A DNA stretch of 64,000 nucleotides from a virus. Position numbers and translations under genes: made by a program. The DNA lies in the IMG/VR virus record IMGVR_UViG_3300020045_011333, positions 96,001 to 160,000 of that record, one strand, 5' to 3'. Below are positions 9,590-18,014 of this stretch, one piece after another. Position 1 is the first letter of the stretch; each line of letters opens with the position of its first letter. The notes under the pieces were generated by a model. The model was not told the DNA's origin, did no database searches, and worked only from the letters and a program-made list of their open reading frames with translations.

Positions 9590-10099
9590 TTAGTAATTCT
9601 TTCCACCGTGCTTATAACCACGCTTCCGATTAACATCTAGCTTCTTTTGAATAATTTCCATAAATGGAATCTTATTCCAATTAACATATTGAATGATTTC
9701 ATCTAGGATAATGAAAGAGAAATCATTTAGACGTGTTCCGTACCACTTAGATAGAAGAAGATGAATTTCAGCAGCAAATTCTGAGAAATCTTTGTAATCT
9801 ACATAATAGGCAATTTCAGAATCAATAGCATACTTATTACCATTAGCCCCGTTCCAATCTAGAATACGAATGACTACATCAGCTAGTTCTACGTCTCGAC
9901 CTAGGTATTCTGTAAGCTTATCGTCGTTTAAATCCTTACGATCCGCCTCAAGAGCTTCTGATACTTCGCTATGAACCAGTGCAATATGTTGAGCAAAGCT
10001 GCGATTCTCTACACCCATATCCCAAAAACCATTTGCCTTATTAATTTCAAAAATCTCCGGCTGAAGTTTCATTAGGTCTTCAATTGTTACATTAATCAT
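9590..10099 (-). CDS. MazG-like nucleotide pyrophosphohydrolase
   Basis: HSEVSEALEADRK and ELADVVIRILD motifs; C-terminal KLDVNRKRGYKHGGK. Confidence 0.8.
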   Translation of the reverse strand: MINVTIEDLMKLQPEIFEINKANGFWDMGVENRSFAQHIALVHSEVSEALEADRKDLNDDKLTEYLGRDVELADVVIRILDWNGANGNKYAIDSEIAYYVDYKDFSEFAAEIHLLLSKWYGTRLNDFSFIILDEIIQYVNWNKIPFMEIIQKKLDVNRKRGYKHGGKNY

Positions 10100-10404
10100 T
10101 TTTTATTCTTCTCTTTTTTAATTTTTTCTACCCATTCAGCATCTGCTTTTAATTTATCAAGGGTAGGCTTCTCTTTGTTAATTTTGTAAAAAACTAAAGT
10201 TTCTGTCCCGCGAGGTACAATACTAATAATCTCATACTCTTTTTGATTTACCTCTTTTAGAAAAAGTCCAATATCCATATGACTGTTAAGAGTTTTGTAC
10301 TTGATCATTAGATTCATCTTCCAAGTTATTAAGTTCTTCAATAACTTCGCTGATGTATTCATTAATCTTTCCGGTACGAAATAGATAATGAATCGTGTAG
10401 CCAT
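10096..10404 (-). CDS. Hypothetical protein (true start probably near 10317)
   Basis: ORF overlaps the upstream gene; stop is coupled to the MazG start. Confidence 0.5.
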   Translation of the reverse strand: MATRFIIYFVPERLMNTSAKLLKNLITWKMNLMIKYKTLNSHMDIGLFLKEVNQKEYEIISIVPRGTETLVFYKINKEKPTLDKLKADAEWVEKIKKEKNKK

Positions 10405-10528
10405 ATAGTGTGGCCGAAGTTAGAGGAGATTGTTGATCTTCTTCTGATACATCATAGGTAACTTTGGTGTCTACGCGACCTTCAGCATCGCCCTCAACAT
10501 CAGTAATCGTAATTGTGGAAATTGACAT
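10286..10528 (-). CDS. Hypothetical protein
   Basis: Tightly packed ORF. Confidence 0.6.
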   Translation of the reverse strand: MSISTITITDVEGDAEGRVDTKVTYDVSEEDQQSPLTSATLYGYTIHYLFRTGKINEYISEVIEELNNLEDESNDQVQNS

Positions 10529-10529
10529 A

Positions 10530-10748
10530 TTATTTTGTTTCGCTTTCTAGGAGTTTTAAATGTTTTCTAATATAACGCATAAAGAGCATAGCTTTATCTT
10601 GAGCTAAAAATGTTGCGCTACCTACGTCATTGATAGGAACAGGAAATAAAAATCCTGTTTCCGTTTCATACCAAAGTTCATTAGCTCTGTAGTATTTAAA
10701 TTTAACGGTTTTACCGCTAGATACCATTTCTTTAATGTCAATAGTCAT
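10530..10748 (-). CDS. Conserved phage hypothetical protein
   Basis: FPVPI..DKAMLFMRYIRKH pattern; coupled to the thyX stop. Confidence 0.65.
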   Translation of the reverse strand: MTIDIKEMVSSGKTVKFKYYRANELWYETETGFLFPVPINDVGSATFLAQDKAMLFMRYIRKHLKLLESETK

Positions 10749-11605
10749 ACCTTCGGCCTTTCACAACTCACAGCCTCAAAACCATCATCAGCGATATAAA
10801 TTTCGAAATCGTTGAAGATGATTGGTGCTTTAACTTTCAGGATTCGAAGCATAGAAATAGCCAATGCTCTGATTTCTAAATCAGCACCTTCGCCACCACG
10901 AAGCGCACAAACATGTCTCGCGGTCCTCATATTCATGGTCCAAGTCAAACGAGTTTCAGCGGCGTTAGGAAGAACAGCACGTGCTGCTTCTAAGATACGC
11001 TTCTTTCTCATAGTAGCTAGTTTTAAGCCTAGTTCTGAATCTTGTCCCTCAGTTTCCCATTCCATTTGAGAAATTAAAGATTTGTAATTATTTAAAGATT
11101 CAATACAACTATTTTCGAAAGTTTCAAAGATTGTATTATCAGAATTTTCTACATTTGTCAAGCTCTTAATCAGCGGCGGAATAACAAAATTAACTTCTTT
11201 CGCATCAACATAGCGTTGACTCTCTTGAGATGGTGCTGCCCCTGCCCTGTGCCTGATTAGCTCATGCGTAAGACTTCTGCTAACCCCGGAAATTGCGAAT
11301 GATATGTTAGCATGTTCCAGTACGGAACCATGTTCCATTTCGATGATATTTGAGATATAAGCGTCACGTTTTCGTCCTTTTGTGAATGATCTATAGCAAT
11401 GCCTACCTGCGAATTCAGGAAGTGCATCTAGGGAAATATCTTCTTTACCTTCAACAATATCATGCCATAGAATACCTAAAGGTGTGCCTTCATCACTCAT
11501 GGCTTCAACAAGGCCATGTTCATCAGCCCAAGCCGATAGTCCCTCAGAATTAATAACAGTTTCAGCTACAACATGAACTGTAGGTTCATTTATAAATTTT
11601 GTCAT
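10745..11605 (-). CDS. thyX: Flavin-dependent thymidylate synthase
   Basis: HGSVLEH, SRSLTHELIRHR and SQESQRYVD signature. Confidence 0.95.
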   Translation of the reverse strand: MTKFINEPTVHVVAETVINSEGLSAWADEHGLVEAMSDEGTPLGILWHDIVEGKEDISLDALPEFAGRHCYRSFTKGRKRDAYISNIIEMEHGSVLEHANISFAISGVSRSLTHELIRHRAGAAPSQESQRYVDAKEVNFVIPPLIKSLTNVENSDNTIFETFENSCIESLNNYKSLISQMEWETEGQDSELGLKLATMRKKRILEAARAVLPNAAETRLTWTMNMRTARHVCALRGGEGADLEIRALAISMLRILKVKAPIIFNDFEIYIADDGFEAVSCERPKV

Positions 11606-12189
11606 TTAAGTCTTTTTCCAAATTTTTGTTTTACAATATCAAGTACTTGTTTTTTTGTGTCTTCTATTTCAGCATTAATAATTTCATAATCTGCTTTAAG
11701 ACTTTCCATGTTTTTCTCAGATTCATGTTCGTCTAGATTGACAAAAGAAGGGCGACGAACTCGAATGAGTATTCCACCTTTTACTCTAATAGCTTCAGCC
11801 TCATCAGGGAATCTAACATCGCTAACTGTGATACGATCAAGGTCTTGTATTTTTCTAGTCCAACCATTGATCCAAAATTGTGAACCTATTTTTTCTCTGC
11901 CCCATTCTGTACCTAGAGTTTGCATAGCGTAACGAAATTCTTTGTTGCTGAAATAACGACTTTTGTGGTCTTTATACCAATCATCGGTATACATTTCAGG
12001 ATTAGTTACACCGTTATACTCCAACCAAGCCTTAAGCATCGCCTTCAATCCGCCAGCAAACGGAACATCAACGAACCCGTGTTCTTGTAGCGCACTAGCA
12101 CATACGTTCTTACCAGATCGTTTCCAACCACAAAAGCCCACTATTACTTTATCTTTGTATACTTCCCATTCAGATCGAGCAATTACCAT
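11602..12189 (-). CDS. Deoxynucleoside monophosphate kinase
   Basis: GWKRSGKN P-loop; RYAMQTLGTEWGR; SDVRFPDE; HESE. Confidence 0.9.
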   Translation of the reverse strand: MVIARSEWEVYKDKVIVGFCGWKRSGKNVCASALQEHGFVDVPFAGGLKAMLKAWLEYNGVTNPEMYTDDWYKDHKSRYFSNKEFRYAMQTLGTEWGREKIGSQFWINGWTRKIQDLDRITVSDVRFPDEAEAIRVKGGILIRVRRPSFVNLDEHESEKNMESLKADYEIINAEIEDTKKQVLDIVKQKFGKRLK

Positions 12190-12190
12190 A

Positions 12191-13531
12191 TCAAATTACT
12201 ACCGTTAGTTTTTCTGCGGCACGAGTGACTGCGGTATAAAGCCACCTATATGAATCATCTCTAAATACGTTTGATTCATCGTGCACTATTACGTGATCCC
12301 ATTGACTTCCCTGTGAAATATGTGCGGTCACAACCCACCCCCAATCAACGTGATGATGTTTTTTCTTAGCCTCAAATACGCTTCTTTTGTCCCCCGTAAA
12401 GCCACCAGATTGTCTAAGATAATGTTCTTCAAACAAAGCTTGAATAGTAGTTAAATTTCTTTTAACTCCATCTTCATCTGTTGCACTAAGCGCAAAAGTT
12501 GTTCCACCATTAATTAATTCGTAATCTCTATCGCAAGTTAGGAATGTACCATTAACTAAATCTAGTGCAACTCTTGAATTTTTTCTGCATAGTAAAGGCT
12601 CACCTTCCATAATACCTACAAGATCATAACCGGCTGCTTTTCTAATTTTTTGAGTTAAACTCCATCGTTTTTTATTAGTACCACAAATTATTTGTGGATT
12701 TAAATCCATGTTTAAAGTTTCGTTATCATTTTTTCTTTTTATAATTTTAACTGTATCTCCCCAATTCCCTACTTCTATATCTCCACCTTTTCTGATAAAA
12801 TCAGCTAAAGCAATGATTGGATTATCGGCTGCCTGCCTATGAATTTCAGTAAGTAATGCATCTGGATTGTTACCACAGAAGCCCCAAGACCCTGCAACAG
12901 GTGGTAATTGCCCCGGATCACCAATAGCAATAACTGGAATACCAAATGACATGATATCAGCAGCCATTTCTTCATTTATCATTGAGGATTCATCAGTTAC
13001 AATTAAACTCATTGTTCTAATAGGACTTTCAGAATTTAATTGCCAAGTAGGCCCATCAGTGCTAATATAAGCTTTATCTAGATCGTGATTTAATTGTTTT
13101 AGCATTTTTTGAGCAGCACCAATATCGTAACGATTACCTTCAAAAAATACATCGGGCGCTTTATATTCAGTAGCTGTATGTAAAGATTTACCTAAATCTT
13201 CAACCTTTTTTTGCAGAACCTCAGCCTTAAGACTTTTTGGTCTATAAATAGAAGAGTGGATAGTTTTGGCCGAAGCATCTAGACCCATGGCTCTGAGTTT
13301 AGATGTTAAAACTTTACTAGCTTTTCCGCTAGGAGCCATAAAGGCCACTTCAGAAGCCGATAAACCACATTGATCAATGATATGGGGAACAACTGTCGTT
13401 TTTCCTGTTCCAGCCGCACCAGCGAACCAAAAATATCCTGGCTCTTCTTCTTTAGCCATCAACTTAAACCAAGTACCAGCTTTCTTAACTTCCTTAAATT
13501 GGGAGTCCGTTAATGTTATCGTCACGCTCAT
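12191..13531 (-). CDS. RecD/Dda-like SF1B DNA helicase
   Basis: GAAGTGKTT, APSGKA, DESSM, GDPGQLPPV, HISQGSQW and YTAVTRA. Confidence 0.9.
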   Translation of the reverse strand: MSVTITLTDSQFKEVKKAGTWFKLMAKEEEPGYFWFAGAAGTGKTTVVPHIIDQCGLSASEVAFMAPSGKASKVLTSKLRAMGLDASAKTIHSSIYRPKSLKAEVLQKKVEDLGKSLHTATEYKAPDVFFEGNRYDIGAAQKMLKQLNHDLDKAYISTDGPTWQLNSESPIRTMSLIVTDESSMINEEMAADIMSFGIPVIAIGDPGQLPPVAGSWGFCGNNPDALLTEIHRQAADNPIIALADFIRKGGDIEVGNWGDTVKIIKRKNDNETLNMDLNPQIICGTNKKRWSLTQKIRKAAGYDLVGIMEGEPLLCRKNSRVALDLVNGTFLTCDRDYELINGGTTFALSATDEDGVKRNLTTIQALFEEHYLRQSGGFTGDKRSVFEAKKKHHHVDWGWVVTAHISQGSQWDHVIVHDESNVFRDDSYRWLYTAVTRAAEKLTVVI

Positions 13532-14586
13532 TCTCCCATAGTTTTAATGAAATTATTAATTAAAATAGTATTAGATTCTTCATTTGTTTTTATAGAAATA
13601 GTTTCTCCTATCCCTATATCGTTAATTCCTATAATATTTCTTTTCATTCCCAATGAAATTTTTTGATCATATTTATTTGCTTTTCTAAATAACATGAAAG
13701 GATTAAAGTTAGTCTGTACCGTTAATACATAAGAATTATTACCAGAACTAGTTAATCTTTTGTTTATGCGTTTAACAGCCTTTCCACCTAAAGATTCTAT
13801 GACAAATTTTAAATCATCTACTAAAAATTCACTAATATTTGTGAACGAGGCATGACCATTACTACATGAACCATCAGAATCCATTAAGCCCCTAATCAAA
13901 TCTATTCTATCTTCTTCTGAAGAATATTTGTAAATATTAGGAATTCTTTTATCTTTTCCAGCGACATCCATAGCAATATTTTTTATTTCAGCGTAAAACG
14001 GATTTAATTTCCAATGGTATTCTGTAAAAAATTCTTGCTCATTGATAAATTTAAATCTTTTACAGCCTTTTCCTTGATTTACTGAAAGCCTAATACCTTC
14101 AAATAACCTACATTCTATATTAGATTGAATTTCGTCAGCATCTTTATTTTCAATTGCTAAATTTGCTTCTCTACTATTTAATCCTCCGTCTCCCAATAAC
14201 AGCCCAATTATATAAGGGTCAATTTTTAAAATTTTAGAATTGTAAAAATTAACTGATGAGGATAACGGAATAGAAAAATTGCTTCTAAAGCCTTTACTGC
14301 GACCTTTACTAAGTTTTAGTACATCTTGTTTGATTAAATCTAAAGTGGAGTAAAATTTAGTATATTTATTTTCTCTTTTTCTAGCTTCGAATTTATGATC
14401 GCCAGAAGCTATAATTATAGATTTATCAAGTAAATTTATTTGGTAAATTTTTTCTTTATTTTTGATTAAACAGATGATACTAACCGTTTTACCATTAGAG
14501 TTGTATATTAAATCACCAATTTCAATTTCAATAATAGATCGAGGCCCTGAAGGTGTTTGAATAATAGTTTCAGTGCTTAATGCCAT
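13528..14586 (-). mobile_element. Free-standing intein-derived protein: degenerate Hint domain + LAGLIDADG endonuclease
   Basis: N-terminal ALSTETIIQTPSG..IEIGD (block A), SGDHKF (block B), two LAGLIDADG motifs (IIGLLLGDGG, LIRGLMDSDGS), C-terminal LINNFIKTMGE lacking His-Asn; no exteins. Confidence 0.8.
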
Positions 14587-14609
14587 AATAAATCCTTATA
14601 AACTCAAAG

Positions 14610-14638
14610 GCTATATCACAAGCCTTTGAGTTTGTCAA
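14610..14638 (-). promoter_or_regulatory. Sigma70-type promoter overlapped by a 13-bp inverted repeat (14600-14633)
   Basis: TTGACA-N17-TATAGC; arms AAACTCAAAGGCT / AGCCTTTGAGTTT. Confidence 0.75.
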
Positions 14639-14658
14639 CTAATAAATTTTAAGATTTA

Positions 14659-15459
14659 TTATGCGAAGCGACGGCGACGGCGACCTTCGGTAGGAGCTTC
14701 TTCAGCCACTGCCTCTTCTTGTGCAGTCTTGTTAGACTTTACAGTTTCCTTGACTTCCTTAACCGCAGTTTCGTCTTCATCAGACTCATCATTATCGTAG
14801 TTATCTGGATTTTCAGCACCACCGAATTTTTCAGCTAATTCTTCTTCGCTAATCCAGTCAATAATTTTAAATGATGGAGCATAAGCACGGTCTTTTTTAC
14901 TCTTCGAATTTTTTGGGGTAAATTCCATGTTTTCGAACTTAACAATAGGATGAAGGTCTTCTCCATTATCACCAATATTTTGTCCCTTCATCATAGCTTT
15001 TCCGTAAGCCGCAAGAAGATTACCAAAAGCACGGAGACCACTTTTAGAACTATTTTTAAAAAGAAGTTGTTCACCTTCCTTAAGTTCGACTACTTCAAAG
15101 CTAATTTGCTCCTGCCAACCATCGTCATCGGAAGAATAAGGTCCGTGGTCTTCAAGTTGATTTTTAGGAGTAGGATTTCCGTCTAGTACTCTTACCATAT
15201 CTTCACCAACAACAGTTGAATCAGACCAGCAAATATGGCCACGTTTAGCGGAATTCATATTTACAGTACCTTCCCAACCATCATCTAGTTCTTCCTTACC
15301 AGCGCCATAAGTATACTCACCATTTTTGCCGCTAAAGCTTAAAAATGTTAGTCCTTCATTTCCGCCGCCAAGTGCTGACGCGGCCTGCATAAACGGATTG
15401 CCATTAGAGACAGTAGTTGATACAGAATTGTTATTACGTGTTGCAATTTCATTTGCCAT
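14659..15459 (-). CDS. Probable single-stranded DNA-binding protein
   Basis: Sits in the recombination cluster next to exonucleases; ~200 aa core plus long acidic C-terminal region. Confidence 0.6.
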   Translation of the reverse strand: MANEIATRNNNSVSTTVSNGNPFMQAASALGGGNEGLTFLSFSGKNGEYTYGAGKEELDDGWEGTVNMNSAKRGHICWSDSTVVGEDMVRVLDGNPTPKNQLEDHGPYSSDDDGWQEQISFEVVELKEGEQLLFKNSSKSGLRAFGNLLAAYGKAMMKGQNIGDNGEDLHPIVKFENMEFTPKNSKSKKDRAYAPSFKIIDWISEEELAEKFGGAENPDNYDNDESDEDETAVKEVKETVKSNKTAQEEAVAEEAPTEGRRRRRFA

Positions 15460-15554
15460 TTTATAGTTTACTCTTTCAAAGTTTCTTGTTCGTTTGTTTA
15501 AGTTTTTGTCTCTACAATTTATTATTTATTAAAGCCCTAGAGACGATTAGACTT

Positions 15555-15971
15555 TTAATTCTTTACTCTTTGATCTTTAGCATCAATAGTATATGGCAAA
15601 GATTCAAACCTAGGGTTTTTGTTTGCCAGTTCAAGTTTTTGTAAGGGCGTTAGATTCTTAATTTGTCGCTTGGAAAACCCTAAATCACTCTTAGTATTTT
15701 CAACTATAATGTTAATACCAAAACCAGTAGGTATTACAGAAATAACTTTATCTGTGGCTTCTAAATCATATAAAATGTCTAGGATTTCCTCTGGCTTAGT
15801 AATTTCAAAAATGTGAAATCTCTCTTCTTTATCAGCTAATTCTGATGTTAAAGTTTTAACAGATTCACTATATAGATATGTTAAACCTTCACCAAATTCA
15901 TGAGAATAGTCCTTATCTAAAGTTTCTTTTAATAATTGTAATGTACTCAATATTAATTTTCTATCCATCAC
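15555..15971 (-). CDS. Hypothetical protein
   Basis: ORF coupled to the upstream nuclease. Confidence 0.6.
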   Translation of the reverse strand: MMDRKLILSTLQLLKETLDKDYSHEFGEGLTYLYSESVKTLTSELADKEERFHIFEITKPEEILDILYDLEATDKVISVIPTGFGINIIVENTKSDLGFSKRQIKNLTPLQKLELANKNPRFESLPYTIDAKDQRVKN

Positions 15972-17065
15972 TTCATCTTCTTTGTTGTTACGCGAAGCAC
16001 TTCAAAACCTTCGCCTTGTTTCTCATATTTAGAAAGATCGATACCATCATCTTCCATTGCTTCACGATCCAGTCCAGTTCTACCTTTTTGAGTCGTATAC
16101 GTAACATTCCATTCGCCATTGGTATCTTTAAGATTCTTTGTCCCTAATTTCTTTAGGAATTCTTTCATCTCAAGACGGACACGTTCAACTTCCATTTCAG
16201 CTAGTTTGGCTCGTTCTTTGAAGTCTTGTTCCTGAGTGACTAGTTTAGCCATTAAAGCGCGGTCTTTATCAAGAGCAACTTTATCAAAAGATTCTGTAGG
16301 AACAGCAGCTAAATTAATTCCGTTACAACGCTTTTGATATGGACAAAATTTACATCCACCTGTAATCTTACCTTCAGCGGCTAGGTCTTCTGGCTTAGTT
16401 GCAGCAAATACTTTACGCGATCTAACTTTAGCAGCGGCATAGGTCTTTTCGTCAAATCTGACGACAAACGGTGTGATATTATCCAAAAATGACGCATCAA
16501 TATAAAGAATGACAGCGTATCGTGGCTGAAAATCAGTTTGTTCTCTGATAAGTCCCATCTGAACATTTACCTGTCCACGGTGGATAGCTTTTTCTTCAGT
16601 TAGACTTACGCGAGGATCAATTGACTTTACTTCAACCGTGATGCAATCTGATTCAATATCTTCAATACCATAAAGCTTTAAGGCATCAGAAGGAAGACCG
16701 GCAATGAGACCATCAGGTGTGGCACTAAGCTTATTAACTTCATCTAGGAATGTGGTTTGATCACTTTGACCAGCACCAATAAGATCAACACCTTCAGGAA
16801 GCCCTACATCTAGTGCAGGTACGACATAGAAATCTTCGATTAGATTTCCACGTTCCATCGCTCCCCAAGATTGATCGAAATCAGCATCTTGCTCAAACTT
16901 ATTCTTTTTGAAATAAGCTTTTCTAAGACAATCAAAAACTTCCGACGCACCCATAGAAAGATTACGGTCATACATCCAAGTCTTTTGCTTACCAGCGGAA
17001 GACATATAATTATTAAAGATTTTATCGAAGTCCAGAATTTTGGAATTATCATTTACGCTGACCAT
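15968..17065 (-). CDS. PD-(D/E)XK exonuclease (Cas4/YqaJ-like)
   Basis: GASEVFDCLRK, SATPDG, VEVKS, QVNVQM and CKFCPYQKRC cysteine cluster. Confidence 0.8.
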   Translation of the reverse strand: MVSVNDNSKILDFDKIFNNYMSSAGKQKTWMYDRNLSMGASEVFDCLRKAYFKKNKFEQDADFDQSWGAMERGNLIEDFYVVPALDVGLPEGVDLIGAGQSDQTTFLDEVNKLSATPDGLIAGLPSDALKLYGIEDIESDCITVEVKSIDPRVSLTEEKAIHRGQVNVQMGLIREQTDFQPRYAVILYIDASFLDNITPFVVRFDEKTYAAAKVRSRKVFAATKPEDLAAEGKITGGCKFCPYQKRCNGINLAAVPTESFDKVALDKDRALMAKLVTQEQDFKERAKLAEMEVERVRLEMKEFLKKLGTKNLKDTNGEWNVTYTTQKGRTGLDREAMEDDGIDLSKYEKQGEGFEVLRVTTKKMK

Positions 17066-17652
17066 TTTAATTCCTTTGGTTCGAAATTATCTACTAGACA
17101 TTGATAAACTCTAGCGCATGCTCTAACATCAACCATGGCATCGTGCGCCCCATCAATATTTTCTTTAAAGAAGTATGTCATGCATTCTTGAAGCGAAGGC
17201 CACTTATAACCTTTTCCGTGGTGCTTAGGTTTTGGAATTCTAAGAATACTTGTTGTAGCTTCCTTGGTACAACGAAGTTCTGTACCACTAAAAATATTAC
17301 CATCCATCTTAGCATTGAAAGCTGCATGAGCCATGACAAGAGCATCGAATGACATATTGTGAGCCACAGCCACATCAGCAATATCAAGAAAATCACAAAA
17401 GATTTCTAATGCGTTCTCGTTAGAGACACCAAACTCTTGTGCCATTTCCATTGAAATTCCGTGAGTTTCTTGAGCCTTTGGCTGGATCGGAGCTAAAGGA
17501 ATTACCATAGTCTTTAATGTAGCTATTTCATTATGATTGCTATCGAAGAGAATGGCACCTAATTGAACCAGCTTACAATGTCGGGAATCGTAAGCCGGTG
17601 CGCCCCACTGAACTAAACCAGTGGTTTCTGTATCAAATACTAAATATTTCAT
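17053..17652 (-). CDS. DEDDh 3'-5' exonuclease (DnaQ-like)
   Basis: FDTETTG, AHNMSFD and AHDAMVD. Confidence 0.9.
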   Translation of the reverse strand: MKYLVFDTETTGLVQWGAPAYDSRHCKLVQLGAILFDSNHNEIATLKTMVIPLAPIQPKAQETHGISMEMAQEFGVSNENALEIFCDFLDIADVAVAHNMSFDALVMAHAAFNAKMDGNIFSGTELRCTKEATTSILRIPKPKHHGKGYKWPSLQECMTYFFKENIDGAHDAMVDVRACARVYQCLVDNFEPKELKWSA

Positions 17653-17654
17653 TA

Positions 17655-17927
17655 TTACTTTCCTTCGCCACGCATATTGCGAAGGATGATTTTGGCTTGT
17701 TCTTCAGTGAGAACGCCATCTTCTTCATCTTGAAGTACTTGCTGCATATCCTCATTATCTAAGTCTTCAGCTCTTAGTTTTTCGAGCGTAGCTAAGAATG
17801 TGGGCATGAATTCTGCATAAAATAACCAAAGGCCATTTTTAACACCAAGAGCGGTGGAGACTGCATTAAGGAATACGAACGTACCGCAGCCAAAAAGAAA
17901 GGCCACAAAATATAAAATAATTTCCAT
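17655..17927 (-). CDS. Hypothetical membrane protein
   Basis: Hydrophobic N-terminus, acidic tail. Confidence 0.6.
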   Translation of the reverse strand: MEIILYFVAFLFGCGTFVFLNAVSTALGVKNGLWLFYAEFMPTFLATLEKLRAEDLDNEDMQQVLQDEEDGVLTEEQAKIILRNMRGEGK

Positions 17928-17958
17928 TTACTACTTTTCTTTTCTAATTTATGAGGGA

Positions 17959-17987
17959 ACTATATCATAGGAAGTTTAAAATGTCAA
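17959..17987 (-). promoter_or_regulatory. Sigma70-type promoter
   Basis: TTGACA-N17-TATAGT with extended -10 TG. Confidence 0.75.
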
Positions 17988-18014
17988 GGATTAATTTTAA
18001 GTTTTTGAAAGTTT

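Noticed and set aside
12191-14586. Conventional intein within the helicase
   Set aside because: The Hint/LAGLIDADG ORF has its own start and stop, the helicase has all its motifs, and the upstream frame is closed. Reported instead as a free-standing remnant.
15968-17065. Cas4 indicating a CRISPR locus
   Set aside because: No repeats, spacers or other cas genes; this fold is a common phage recombination exonuclease.
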